This document shows, in pieces, positions 36,237 through 51,575 of a DNA stretch of 64,000 bases; position 1 is the stretch's first letter, and each line of letters begins with the position of its first letter. The stretch comes from Scenedesmus sp. PABB004 (taxonomy: Eukaryota): assembly GCA_014905635.1 (NCBI GenBank), contig JABVCE010000005.1, positions 868,001-932,000 on the forward strand, in the 5' to 3' direction. Both the position numbers and the translations under genes were made by a program. The notes under the pieces are model-generated. The model was not told the DNA's origin. It made no database searches and saw only the letters and a list, made by a program, of their open reading frames with translations.

Positions 36237-38680
36237 TCACTCCTGCGCCCCGCCCTTGGCCTTCTTGGCGCGCCGCTTGGGCTTGACCGCGGCCGCGAGG
36301 TCCTGCGGCGCGCTCTGGAACAGCAGCGCCTCGATCGCGTCCAGGCTCTCATGCTTCACCGCCCGCGCCGCCCCGGAGCCGCTGCCCCCGCCGCCACCGC
36401 CGCCGCCGCCGCTGCCGCCGCCCAGGAAGGCGTCCAGCCCGGCGTCGCGCGCGGGGCGCTTGGCGCCGCCCGTCGCGCCCGCCAGCCGCGCGCCGCCGGC
36501 GAGCGCCGGCGGGCGCACAAACTGCTGCTGCTGCTGCTGCTGCTGCCCCGGCCGCTGCTGCTGCGGGTCGGCGCCCGCCGGCGGCGCCTGCTCGGCGGCC
36601 GGCGCCGCCTGCTTCCTGGCCTGCTTGGCGGCGGCCGCCGCCGCCGCCGCGCCCGCCTCGGCCTCCTCGTCCCGCAGCTGCTGGCGCTGCACCGCGTCGC
36701 GGATCTCTGCGGCGGGCGGGGCGGCGTGACACGCGGCGTGACGCGGCGCGCACAGGCCCTGGGGCCGCGCGAGCGCCGCGCGAGGGCCGCGCTGCGGCCG
36801 CGCACCAGCCATGAGCCCCTCCAGGCGCTCGTCCGCCATCCCCGCGTCCGCCAGCACCGTCACGTTGCGCGGGTCCGCGGCCCCCACGCCCGCCGCGGCG
36901 CCCGCGGCGGCCGCCGCCGCGGCCGCCGCCGCGCGCGTCGCGCCGCCGCCCGCCGCCGCGCCCTGGCCGGGCAGCGAGCCGGGGCCCGCCGCCGCGGCGG
37001 CGGCCGCCGCTGCGCCCGTGTGGCGACGAACGCGCGCCTGCACGCGCGCGAGCTCGTGCGCCTGCAGCGCCTGCTGCAGCGCCGCCGCGAGCTCCGGCGC
37101 GCGCGCCGCCGCGAGCCGGACGCACCTGCGCGGCGGGCGGGCGCGCCCGTCGGCGCCGCGCGCGGGGCGCCCGCCCGCCCGCGCCCAGCGCCCGCCGCGC
37201 CGCGCCGCGAGGCCCCCCGCGCGCGTGCCGCACCGCATCATCTGTGCCGCGTCGAGCCCGATGCCCTCCGCCATCTGCCAGCCGCACACCTCGCCGTGGG
37301 GGTTCACGAAGAGCGTCGCACACCCCGCCGCCGCGGCCTCCTCCGCGCGGCACGGGTCGGCCGCGAGGATCGCGCCGCCCTGCGCGGCGGCGCGGGCGCG
37401 GGCGCGGGTCGGCGCGCGAGCCGGCGGCGCGGGGCCCCTCCCTTCCCACGGCCGTGGCAACGGCGGCAACAATGGCGGCGGGCCGCACCTCGAAGATGGC
37501 GTACGTGTGCGGCAGTGGCAGGTGGTGCAGCGTGAGCGGCTGCGGCTCGCGCACCTGCGCCGGGCGGGCGGCCGAGCGTCGGGCGCCGCCGCGGTCGCCG
37601 CGGTCGCCGCGGCCGCCGCGGTCGCCGCGGCCGCCGCGGCGGCCGCCGCCCCTCGCCGCCGCGCCTCGCCCTCCGCGCCCGCAGCGCCGCGCCGCGCCGC
37701 GCCGCGGCGGCCGTCACCTCTGGCGGGTGCACGATGACCTGCGCCTCGCCCTCCCCCGCGCTCGCGTCGACCTCCACCTCGGGCTTGCGGAACCCCAGCA
37801 GCGCCGCGAGCGCGGCGAGGCAGCACGCGTCCACCAGGTTGCCGCCCGCGTCCAGCACATGCACGTCCACGCGCAGCGACCACACCTGGCGCGGTGCGCG
37901 GCGGCGAGACGCGGAGCGCAGCGGCGGCGGCGCGGTCGGCGGGCGGTCGGCGGGCGGCGGCGGCGGCGGCGACCCGGCGCTGCGCCGCAGGCCCGTCCCC
38001 GGCCCCGCGCGCGCGTGCCGTGCTGCTCCTGGCGCAGAGGTCCGGGCCGCGCGGGTGGCCGCACCTTGCGGCCGGGCAGCACGCAGAGTGCCTCGAGGTC
38101 CAGCGCGCCGCTGCCGCGCAGGCAGCGCTCCACGAGCCGCGCCAGCTCCACCGCGCCCTCGCCCGGCCGGCCCGCCGCGAACGCCGCGCTGGCCATGGGG
38201 CTGAGCTCGACGTTGAAGCTGCGGGGCGCGCGCGGCCAGGCCGGGGCCGCCGCGTGGGCGCGCGAAGCAGCCGCCGGCCGCGCGGGAGGACCGCCGCTGC
38301 CGCCGCGCGCCGCGCGCGCCGCGCTCACCGCACGCTGCCCTCGCGGGAGCGGTCCTGGTAGGGCGCGGTGAGCTCCGCGGCGATCGCGGCCATGGCGGTC
38401 GTGGCGCCGAGCGCCACGGTCGCGCTGTGGTCGTCCAGGGCAAACGTGACCTTCAGCGGCCGCACGTCGTAGGGGGAGCGCCCGTCGAGGCGCACCTCTT
38501 CCTTGATGGCCTGGACGGCGGGCGGGGCCGTGAGCGCGCGGGGCGCCGGGCGGCGGCGCGGCTGCCGCTGCTGCTGCCGCGCTGTGGGCGCCGCGCCGCG
38601 CCAGAACAGCTGCCGGCGCGCGCCTGGACGATGAAGGCGCGTTCATTGTTGCTGAGAAACCCCTCCGCGTCGCGCTGCAT
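36237..38680 (-). CDS. RRP45: Exosome complex RNase PH-like subunit RRP45 (EXOSC9)
   Basis: Motifs LSNNERAFI, RLDGRSPYDVR, FNVELSPMAS, ALDLEALCVLPGRKVWSLRVDVHVLDAGGNLVDA and LLGFRKPEV. C-terminal DLAAAVKPKRRAKK. Confidence 0.92.
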
Positions 38681-40103
38681 GGCGGGGCCCCGCCTCACGC
38701 GCTGCTCTCGCTGCGCGGCGGCTGCGCGGCACTCTGCGGCGCTCCGGGCGCCCTGGCTCGCCCGCCACGCGTGCCACGCGTGCCACGCGCGTGTCGCCTC
38801 GACCGGAGCTCGGCGAGCTGCGTGCTGCGGGCGCCGGCGAGGCCAGGCGAAGCACCGGTGCTGTTGTTGCTGCCGGCGGTGAGCAAGCGGGCGATCGGCG
38901 ACCTGCGCGCTGGTGCCGCTGTGCTGCCGGCGACGGGCCGGACGGCAAGCGGCGCGGTGGCTCGGTGACACGGTTCACACACAGGGTCTGCCGCCGTGAC
39001 AGTGGCGCAAAATCGAGCGTGGGTCAGGGCAAAAGCCGGCCATGCAGGTCAAGGCCGAAGCCGCGCCGGCGCGGGCCGTGCGCATGGACGAGGCGGCGAG
39101 AGCGCGCGCCTTGAAAACTGCACACACGAATGGGTCGGGGACATGATTAGGCCCGCGCGCGCTGCGCGCAGCACGGGCGGCGGCGCGGGGCGCCGCCGAG
39201 GTCGTCGTCGTCAGGTGGGCGCCTGCGCGGCTGTGCTGTCGCCGCATGCAAAACGCAGGCCCCCCGCCGCCCGCGGGGCCGCGCCGTTGCGCGCGCGGCC
39301 CCGCCCGCCGGGCATCCCGAATTGGGAGCAGTGCCGCCAACACAAAACCTGCTCCTTCCTCATGTACAAAGCCAACGCCCCCCGCTGCCACGCACGCAGG
39401 CAAGCAACGCACATGGGCCCCCCGCTGCCTGGCGCGCGCCACCACGACACCGGCGCCGCGCCCAAGTGCTGCTGACAGTGCGCCCCGCCGCCCGCGCCGC
39501 GCCCGGCCGGCCGGCCGGCCTCAGCACAGCGAGGCACGTGCCGCCGCGGCGCGCGGCGCGCAGCCCTGGGGTTGTGGTGCTGCTGCTGTGGTGTTGTGGT
39601 GTTTTTGGTGCTGCAAAGCCTCGCCGGCCACACGACGACGCACTAAGCGGCGGCCGCGCTCGGGGCGGCCGCAGCCAAGGGGGAAAGAAGAACGACGCCC
39701 ACCCACAGCCCCCCGGCCCGCCTGTGTGAAGCTCGCTCGCGCGCCCTCGGGCGCGCGTTTATGCAGCCGCGGCGCGCCGCACAGCGCGGCGGCCGCGGCG
39801 CCGTCGGCGACCCGCGTCGTCGCATGCGCGCCGCTCACATGAGTAGGGGAGAGACGCCCCGGCAGCCTCGCACCCGCCCGCGCGTCATCGCACCGGCGCT
39901 CTCCGCTCGACGCACGCCCGACCAGACCAGACGACGATCAGTCCCGACCCCGCGCGCGCGCGTGGCGCGCGCTGCAGCACCGCGGCGCTGACTCTCGCTC
40001 TGCCGTCGCCGCGCCGCGCGCGCCCGCGTCCCGGCTCTCGGCGGGGCCGCGGGCGCGCGCGCGCGCGGTGCGCGACGCCCCGTGTGGAGTGACGTGCGGC
40101 CCC

Positions 40104-42601
40104 TCAGTCCTCCAGCAGCTCCGGCACGCCCTCGAGGCGGTGCGACGCGAGCGGCGCGGGCGCGGCGCCGTGGCGGCGCGCGCCGCCGCGCACGTGCACG
40201 TGGTGCGCCGAGTGCAGCACCACGCCGCGCCGCCCGGCCTTGGCCTGCAGGTCGCTCGTGCCGCCGCGCGCGCCCAGCGCGAGCGCCAGCCCGCCTGCCA
40301 CCAGCACCGTCGCGACGGCGCGGCGCTGGCTGCGCCGCCGCCCGCCGGCGCCAGCGGCGTGGCGGCACGCGCCCGCGTGGCCGCCGTTGCGGCTCGCGCT
40401 GTCGTCGCTGCACTCGCTGCACGCGGCGCCGCCGCCGCTGCTGCTGGCGGCCGAGACGCCCGAGGCCATGCTGCTCAGGGAGAAGGCGCTGTCGCTCGGG
40501 TGCAGCGCGGGCGCCGCGGCCGCGGGCGGCGGGTTGGGCGCTGCGCCCGCGCCGTACGCCGCGCCGTCGGCGGCCTGCGGGTCGACGCCGCGCCGGCGCC
40601 GCGCCTCGACGTACAGCGGCACCGTGGTGGCCAGCTTCTTGACAAAGCTCCACATGCCTGCAAGCGCGCGCACCCGGGCGGCGGCGGCGCGGGGGCGTGA
40701 GCGCGGGCGCGGCGTGCGGCGCGCACGCGGAGGGCGGCAGCCGCAGCGCGGCGGGCGAGTGAGCGCTGCACGACGGCGGCCAGGCCGGCGCGTGCGGCGG
40801 GGTGGTGGCGGCGCACCGTGCTTGACCGCGAAGCGCGCGAGGTTTTCGTTGATGCGAAAGTCCTCGTGGTGCAGCAGCACCGTCTCGCATGCGGTCGCGG
40901 GCCCGCCCCAGGGGTCGGGCACGTCGCGCGAGCGCCACATGCTGTGGAAGACCTGCATGCGCACGACCTTGCCCGCGCTGTACTGCCGCGGGTGGTCCAC
41001 CGCCTGCGCGGGCGCGGTGCAGCGCGGGCGCGGGCGTCAGCGGCGTGCGCGGGCGTCGGCGGCGGCGCGCGCGCGGGTGGCGGCCGGGGCGCGCGCGTGG
41101 CGACGGCTGCGCGCGGCAGCCCAAGCCCCAGCCCCCGGCGGCGCGCCTTGGTGCAGGCGTAGATGCCGTCGGGCTCCACAAACTCGCGGCGCGCGATCGT
41201 GTACTCGCGGTCCGAGAGGAAGGCAAACGGGAAGCGGCGCAGCCAGCGCACGACCTGCTGGCGCTGCCCAAACGCGCCGTGCTCGAGCACCTCGTGGTGG
41301 TACACCATGCCGTCCTGCGCGGCGCGCCGGCGCGGCAGGGCTCCGGGGTTGAGGGTTTGGGGCGGTCGGAGCTGCTGCCGCCGCTCCGAGGCCGGCCGCC
41401 CCTGCTGCTGCTGACCCCCCGGCTGCTGGCCCCCGCTGCTGGCCCCGGCTGCTGGCCCCAACTGGCAGCGCCATGCCCCGGGCTGCGAGGCCGCCGCCGT
41501 TGCTGCTGCGCGCCGCCGCCGCCGCCGCGGCGCGCCGGCGCACCCAGTTGCGGCGGAAGTCGTCGTCGAGGTAGAGGTCGCTGAACTCACGCGCGGTGGC
41601 ACCCGGGGAGATGGTCACGCTCTTGTACTCGGTCTTGCCGCTCGGCAGCACGCGGCGCCAGCTCGCGTAGCGCACGAGCCCCGGCACGTCGCGGCTCATC
41701 ATTGGCTCCCACGGCCCCGCGCCCTCGCACGGCCCGTCCTCGAGCGCGTGGTAGCGGAAGAAGGCGAGGTCCTTCTCGCCCACGTACCTGCGGCGGGGCG
41801 CGCGGGGCGGGTCGGCGGGCGCGGCGCCAGGCCGCTGCGGCGGCGCCAGGCTGCTGCTGTGGCGCGCGTCAGCCCAGGCGCGCGTCGGCGCCGCCGGCCG
41901 CCCCGCATGCACGCGGCGCCGGCACGGGGCTGGCCACCACGGTCGCTGCCCGGGGCCGCGGGCGCGGCCGCGCTTGCGCCCGCTGAGCCCACGGCATCTC
42001 CAGCTGGCGCCGCCGCAGCCAGGCGCTCACCAGCTGTCCATGCGCTGGCCGCACGCCGCCGCCTGGCCGCCGGCCGTCGCCGCGGCCACGGCGCCGTGGG
42101 CGGGCCACGTGAACGTCCAGCCGTTGCCGCAGGCCCACTGCAGCGTCGCGCGGAGCAGGCCCCGCGCGGTGCCGGGGTGCGCAATCGCCCGCCACGTCTC
42201 GCTGCGGCGCGTCCGGCCCGGGGCGGGCGTCAGGGGCGCGGCCAATACGTGCGCGGATCCATCATGCGCGCCGCCCGCACTCACCGCAGGATGAGCGCGG
42301 CGTGGCAGGCCAGCGCGATGTTGCGCAGGCTCCTGAAGCCCGGGAACGACAGCAGCGCCGCGGAGCGCCCGCCAGACAGCCACTTGGGGCGCGGCAGCTG
42401 CGACGCGGGCGCGCGCGGGCCTCGGCGGGCGCGCGCGGGCGGCGCAGCCCTGGCAGGCGCCCCCGCGCCCCGCCCGCGGCGCGCGCGCACCAGCAGGCCC
42501 AGCGCCAGGCCGACGGCCCACATCTGGAGGAGCGGCATCAGCGGGCTCAGCGCGCTCCACGCCGCCTCCATCTCGCGCGACACCGAGCTCCAGGCCTCCA
42601 T
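40104..42601 (-). CDS. START/SRPBCC lipid-transfer domain protein with terminal hydrophobic segments (plant PCTP/STARD7-like)
   Basis: Motifs GPWEPMMSR, YASWRR, TEYKSVTI, YLDDDFRRNWDGM, VVRWLRRFPF..SDREYTIARR, LLHHEDFRI and LARFAVKHGMWSFVKK. Confidence 0.85.
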
Positions 42602-43020
42602 CGCCGCGCCGGAGCGGTGCCGACGCGCGCGGGGGCGCCTGGCGGGCGGGCGGCGCGGGCGGGCACGGCGGCGCGCAGTGTGGCGCGCCCGGGCGGCTCG
42701 CCGGGGAGGTGCCCGGATCCGGCTCGCGGTGTTAAGAGCAGGTTGTTAGCTGGGCGCGAGTTGCTGCAGATCGGGCCGCCCCGTGTCGCGGGCAGGTGGG
42801 CGCACGGTGTCATCGCGCGCGTGCGTGCACAGCTGGGCGCCGGCCGGCCGGCACGCGGCGGCGGCGCGCGGGCGTCGGCGCCCGGCGGCGGCGGCGGCGG
42901 CGGCGGCGGCAGCCGTGTACTGACTGGTGTTGTGCGTGTGAGGCGTGGTGATCGGTCAGCCTGCCAGCAGCGGCGAGCGCCGCCCGCTGCCGGCGGCGCA
43001 GCAGCGGCGCGCGCTGCGCG

Positions 43021-44392
43021 ATGGCAGCCAACTTCTGGACCTCCACGCAGCTGTGAGAGGCGCATGGGAGCGCTCTGGAGCGGCCTGCGGGCGCGCGCGA
43101 CCGCGCGGGCTGCGCGGCAGCGGCGGCGCCCCCGAGCCCGCGCGTGCGCCGCCCGCCCGCAGCAAGTGGCTCATGCCCAAGGAGCGCCTTCTGCAGAGCC
43201 AGCAGGAGGACCGCGCCAAGGGGCTGACCGAGCACCACATACAGCAGCTGAAGGTCTACTTCACCCAGTGTGCGGCGCCGGGCGCCTCGCGGAGCAGCGC
43301 AGCAGCGCCGCCCGCCGCGGCGAGGTCGCGCGCTGACGCGCGCCGCCCCGCGCCGCGCTTGTGCGCCCGCAGACATCTACGACCTCGCCAACGCGGTGCA
43401 CGTGCGCCAGCGGTGCGCCCCGCGGCGCGGCGCCCGCCAGCGAAGCCGCCGCGCGGCCGCCCCGCGCGGCCGCCGACCCGCGCGCCGCGCGTCGCCGCCG
43501 CCGCGCCCGCAGCGTCGCCGCCACGGCGGTCGTCTACTTCCGCCGCCTCTTTGCGGGCAGCAGCTTCAGCGCGCACGACCCGCACCTCGTCGCGCCGGGG
43601 TGCCTCTACCTGGCCGGCAAGGTCGAGGAGAGCGTCGTCGCGGCGCGCGCGCTGCTCGCGAGCATGCGCCGCCTGCGCCCCGCCTGGCCCTACGAGCTGC
43701 GCGACCTGCTCGACATCGAGATGGTGCGGCGCGGTCGTCCGCCACGCCGCCCCGCCGCGCCGCGCCGCGCCGCCCGGCGCCACGCCCGGCGCAGCGCTGC
43801 GAAGCCGCGCCCGACGCCGCGCTGCGGCGCCGCGGCCGGTCGGGCCAGGTCATCCTGGAGGAGCTGGACACGCACCTGGTCGTGTTCTCGCCCTACCTCA
43901 GCCTCACCAAAATCCTCGACGGCGGCGAGGCGATGGTGCGCGACCTGGGGCAGAACGCGTGGGCCGCGCTCAACGACGCGTACCGCACCGACGCGCCGCT
44001 CGTGCACGCGCCGCACGTGCTCGCGCTCGGCTGCCTCTACCTCGCGAGCGTCGTCGCGGGCGTCGACATCACGGCCTGGCTCGAGGGCGTCGACGTCGAC
44101 ACCAGCCAGGCGCGGCGCGCTCGCCCGCGCCGCCGGCCCGGGCCGCCGCCTCCGGGGGCGCGCCGCGCACCGCAGCGCCCGGGGCGCAGCGTTGAGCCGC
44201 TGCGTGCTTGCGTGCGTGCGTGCGCAGGTGTACGCGGTGTCGCTGGAGCTCATCACGCTGTACGAGACGTATCGCGTCATCCCCACGCCCGACGAGGCCG
44301 CGCGCCTGCTCGCCGTCGTGCGCGCGCCGCCGGCGCCGGCGCCGCCGCCCGGCACGCCGCCGCCGCAGGCCGCCACGCCGCCGACCGGCTGA
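43021..44392 (+). CDS. CYCC: Cyclin C (Mediator kinase module)
   Basis: Six exons. Motifs MAANFWTSTQ, VRQRVAATAVVYFRR, DPHLVAPGCLYLAGKVEES, ILEELDTHLVVFSPY and AWAALNDAYRTD. Confidence 0.94.
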
Positions 44393-44500
44393 GCGCGCCG
44401 GGCGCGGCGCGGCGCGATTTTGGGGGGCGGCGCAGGGGCTGCGACACGCCCCGGCGCCTGTACAGTTTTTTTGCCGCGCGGCGGCGGGCTGAGCAGCCTG

Positions 44501-45023
44501 GCGCCCGCCAGACAGCCACTGAGGGGCCACTGAGGGCGCGGCAGCTGCGACGCGGGCGCGCGCGGGCCTCGGCGGGCGCGCGCGGGCGGCGCAGCCCTGG
44601 CAGGCGCCCTCGCGCCCCGCCCGCGGCGCGCGCGCACCAGCAGGCCCAGCGCCAGGCCGACGGCCCACATCTGGAGGAGCGGCATCAGCGGGCTCAGCGC
44701 GCTCCACGCCGCCTCCATCTCGCGCGACACCGAGCTCCAGGCCTCCATCGCCGCGCCGGAGCGGTGCCGACGCGCGCGGGGGCGCCTGGCGGGCGGGCGG
44801 CGCGGGCGGGCACGGCGGCGCGCAGTGTGGCGCGCCCGGGCGGCTCGCCGGGGGAGGTGCCCGGATCCGGCTCGCGGTGTTAAGAGCAGGTTGTTAGCTG
44901 GGCGCGAGTTGCTGCAGATCGGGCCGCCCCGCGTGTCGCGGGCAGGTGGGCGCACGGTTCGTCGCGCGCGTGCGTGCACAGCCGGGCGCCGGCCGGCCGG
45001 CACGCGGCGGCGCGCGGGCGTCC

Positions 45024-45070
<47 letters not shown>
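44501..45070. repeat. Near-identical direct duplication of 42365-42910 (START exon 1, intron 1, start of exon 2 and upstream region), i.e. a truncated START fragment
   Basis: The copy encodes MEAWSSVSREMEAAW again (ATG at 44748, minus strand). It has a few substitutions and indels, including an ~11-nt CCACTGAGGG-type insertion at 44521-44536. Both copies end in a (GGC)n tract. Confidence 0.92.
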
Positions 45071-45212
45071 ACCGGTGGTCAGCGGCGCCCCGGCGGCCTG
45101 CTGCGTGGCGCGCGCGCGCGCCGTTAACTGAACCGCGTGCCGTCGACCCGGCGATACCGGTGGGCCCGAACGCAGTCCTCAGCCTCCCGGCTCTCGGGTC
45201 GTCCGGTGCTGA

Positions 45213-47946
<2,734 letters not shown>

Positions 47947-48499
47947 CGCCGGCCGACGGGAGGCAGACGCGCTGCGCACGGCGGCGGCCGGCAGCGCGCT
48001 TTAGCTTGCGCCGCCGCTGCGGGCGCGGCGCAGCGGCGCCTGGCCATCCGCTCATTGGCGCGATCCCGGTCGACGGTAACGATCCGCAAGGCAGCCAGGC
48101 AGCGGAGCTGCAGCTCGAGCTCGGGCCGCCCTCCGCGACTGCGCTCGCGACCGCAGCGCAGCAGGTGCCGGACCGGCGCACGAAACGCGACGCGAACGAG
48201 CGGCCGATCGTCATCGCAGGTGCGCGACGGCCGCCGGAAGCCGGTGCCGCGCGGACCGGCGGCAGCAGCGGCGGCTGCGCGGCGCGGCGCGGCGCGCCTG
48301 GCGTGCCGTGCCCGCCCCGCGATGCCGCCAGACGTCCAGGCAGGCGATCACGCGGCCTCAACGCGCGCCCGCCGGCCGCCGCTGCCGGCCGCCGCCGCCC
48401 GCCCGCCGGCGCTGCCGCCCGCCGGCCGCCGCTCAAGTCGCCGCCCGCCCGCCCGCCGCTGACTGGCCTGCCCCGCCGCCGCTCCCGCGCGCCGCAGCG

Positions 48500-51400
48500 A
48501 TGGCCGCGGTGAACTACGTCGCCGCGTACGTGGTGCTGGGCGTGTACCTCGCCGCCGTGTGCGGCGCGGGGCTGCTCGGCGCGTTCCACACGCTCGCGCG
48601 CGGCCGCGCCGAGCCGGGCACGGCGGTGCGGCAGCACTACGTCGCCGGCGCGGGGCTCGCGACGGTCACCTGGTTCTTCACCATGTCCGCCTCCCTGTTC
48701 TCGGGCTACACAGTCAGCGGGTGCGCGGCGGCGGCCAGCGCGCCAGCGCGCGGGGGCGCTGGGCGCTGCGCGGCGGGCGGCGGGCAGGCCGCCTGACGCC
48801 GCGCGCGCGCCCCGCAGCATCGTCGCCGAGGCCTACACGCTGGGCTGGGTGGCCACGCGGTGGATCCCCGCCGGCGTGGGCGTCTACATGGGTTTCCTGT
48901 TCATGGCCCCCCGCTTCCACGGCAAGCCCTCCTCGCTCTCACGCCGCGCGCAGGCGCCCGCCGCGCGGCCTCATGCCCCCGCAGGCGCGCGCCGCGCGGC
49001 CTCACACCGCCGCCGCCGCCGCGCGCCGCGCGGCGCAGCGCTGGGCAAGTCGCGCGGCTACATGACCGTGTCGGAGTTCATCTTCGACCGCTACCTGCCA
49101 AACAGCGGCGCGCCCTGGGTGCGGCGTGCCCGCCGCCGCCGCCGCCGCCGCCGCCGGCACCGGCGGGCGCGCCCGCTGCGCTCGCGTGCGCGCCGGCCCA
49201 CGCCCCGCCGCGCGGCGCGGCGCAGGTGGCGCACACGCTGCGCGTGGTGTCGTTCATTGCGCTCCAGCTGCCCATCTTCACCTACCTCATTACCCAGTTC
49301 CAGGCCGTCGGCACCGAGGTCCGCACCTTCACCGCCGGGGCTGTGAGCCCGACCGCCGCGGTGCTCGCGGCCGCCGCGGTGCTGCTGCTCTGCGACCTGA
49401 TGGGAGGCATGCGTGCCGTCGCCTACACGGGTGCGCCGCCGTGCGGCCGGCGCTCCGCGCCGCGGCCCGCCGCTGCCGAGCCGGCCGCCGCGGCTCGCCG
49501 CCGCGCCTGTCGCCGAGCCGGCCCCCGCCGCGCCGCGTCGCTGCGCAGACGTGCTGCAGGGCTTTGTGCTGCTCGTGGGTTCGATCATCTTCCTCGTCGT
49601 GCAGCGCACCGAGCTCGGCGGCCTGCCAGCGGCGGCGGCGTTCTACCGCGACCCCGCCAACGCGGCGCTGCCCAACGTGGGCCTCATGCAGAACGTGCCG
49701 CCCGCGCCGACGATCGTGGCCTACGGTGCGCGCCGCGTGCTGTGCGCGCTGTGCCGCGCTGTGCTCTCCGCGCGGGGGCCGCGCGCTGTGCGCGCTGCGC
49801 CGTGCGCGCAGAGCTCCGCGGGGGCCCTGAGCGCCCTTGCCGCGACCCGCTCTCCTCCCGCGCACAGCCGACTTTGTGTTCAAGACGACGATCGCGGCCA
49901 CGATGTTCCCGCACCTCACGGCGCGGCTCTTTGCGGCCAAGGACGCCGCTGTCATGCGGCGCGGGATGGCGACGATGAACTTTAGCTTCTTCATCATCCA
50001 GCTCAGCTCCATGATCACCGGCTGGGTGGTGCGCGCCGCGGCCCGCGCCCCGCCCCCGCGCCCTGCCCCGCGCTCCCCTGCCGTGCCGGCCCGTGCGCTG
50101 ACCGCCGACCGCCGCGCCCGCCGCCGCCGCCGCCGCCGCCGCAGGCCATCTCTGCGCTCGCGGGGCCCCTGCCCAAGGGCACCAGCGTGTTCTCCGCCGT
50201 GCTGCTCAAGGTCGCCGCGCACGGCACGGGCCAGTCAGTGCTCTCGGCGCTGCTCCTCGCCTCGGGTGCGCGCCGGCCAGCTGTGCGACGCGCGCCATCC
50301 CCCCGCGCTGCCGCTCCCGCTCGCGCTCACGCGCGCGCCCCCGGCGCCTCCCCGCTGCGCTGCAGCCATCTCGGCGATGATGTCGACCGCCGACTCCGCT
50401 CTGCTCGCGTTCTCGTCTATGTGGGTGCGCGACCTGTTCAAGCCTTACCTTTGTCGCCGCGCCACCGAGGCGCAGCAGATTTGGTTCGGCCGGCTCATGT
50501 CGGTCGTCGGCCTCTGCATTGGTGTGCTGCTCGGCCTGCTGACCATCGAGCGCGGCGTCCCCAACCTCACCGGGCTCTTCAGCCTGCAAAACGTGCGCGC
50601 TGGCCGCCACGCGCCGGCCGCCGGAGGCTGACCGCGCCGCGCGCTGACCGCCGCGCCGCGCGCTGACCGCCGCGCCGCGCGCTGACCGCCGCGCCGCGCG
50701 CTGACCGCCGCGCCGCGCGCTGACCGCCGCGCGGCGCCCCGCCCCGCACCGCCGCAGGTCACGCCCATCCACATCGCGCCCGCGGTCTGGCTCGGCCTGC
50801 ACTGGCGCGGCCTGCGCGGCGAGGCGGTCGCGGCGGGCATGGTCGCGGGGCTCGCGACGACGGTCGGCCTCGTCTTCTCGCCCATCAACGTCAAGCTCGC
50901 GGCGGGGCTGGACCAGACGGCCTGCGGGCTCAGCACGGCCATGATTGGTTTCTTCGTCAACATCACGGTCACGGTGGGCCTCGGGCTGGCGATGCAGCAC
51001 GCGCCGCGCGGCTTTGGCGCCGCGTTTGCGCGCGTCGCGTCGGCGCTGCCCGCGTTTGAGCACGTCGACGTCGGGACGGTGCGCTGCACGCTGCTCAACC
51101 CCTGGCTCTGGGCGGCGATGGTGCCGGTGCTGCTCTTCACGTGCGCGCGGCGCGGCGCGGCGCCGCCGGGCTCGCGCCGCCGCCGCGCCGCCAGAGCCAG
51201 CGCGCGCGCGCCTCGCGCGCCGCGCTCTCAACCCCCGGCAGCCGCAAACGCACACGCGCTCAACCCTTGGCCGCCCGCCGCCGCTGCCGCCGCAGCGTGC
51301 CCTTCACGCGCCGGCCGCTCTCGCCAAACGCGTTTGTCGGCGACATGGCGGAGTGGCCGTTTGTCGCGCTGCTGCTGTCGGGCGTGCTCGCCTGCCTCGT

Positions 51401-51575
51401 CGCGTTTGCCTACAGCAGGCTCTGGACCGACTGGGCCGAGCCGGGCCTGCCCGACGGCGCGCCCGCGGGCAAGGGCGCGGACGACGTCGCAGAGGGCACG
51501 CGGGGCGCGTCGGACGCCGCGGCGCCGGCGGCGGTCGCTGGCGGCAAGGACGCGACCGTGGGCGCGGCCAGCTGA
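48500..51575 (+). CDS. Sodium:solute symporter family transporter
   Basis: Many TM segments. Motifs FFTMSASLFSGYT, GYMTVSEFIFDRY, GGMRAVAYTDVLQG and AISAMMSTADSALLA. Probable 5' UTR intron at 48220-48497. Confidence 0.88.
50627..50732 (+). repeat. Intronic 19-nt minisatellite GCTGACCGCCGCGCCGCGC
   Basis: One shortened, four full and one partial unit inside intron 50593-50757. Confidence 0.9.

Noticed and set aside
38996..39475. 159-aa plus-strand ORF in the RRP45-START intergenic gap
   Set aside because: No ATG at the listed start, no recognisable motif and no clear splice structure. The only RNA structure seen is a 7-bp stem (GGAGCAG/CTGCTCC), too weak to call an ncRNA.
50627..50732. CRISPR-like array
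   Set aside because: Direct tandem units without spacers in a eukaryotic intron, and no cas genes in the window.
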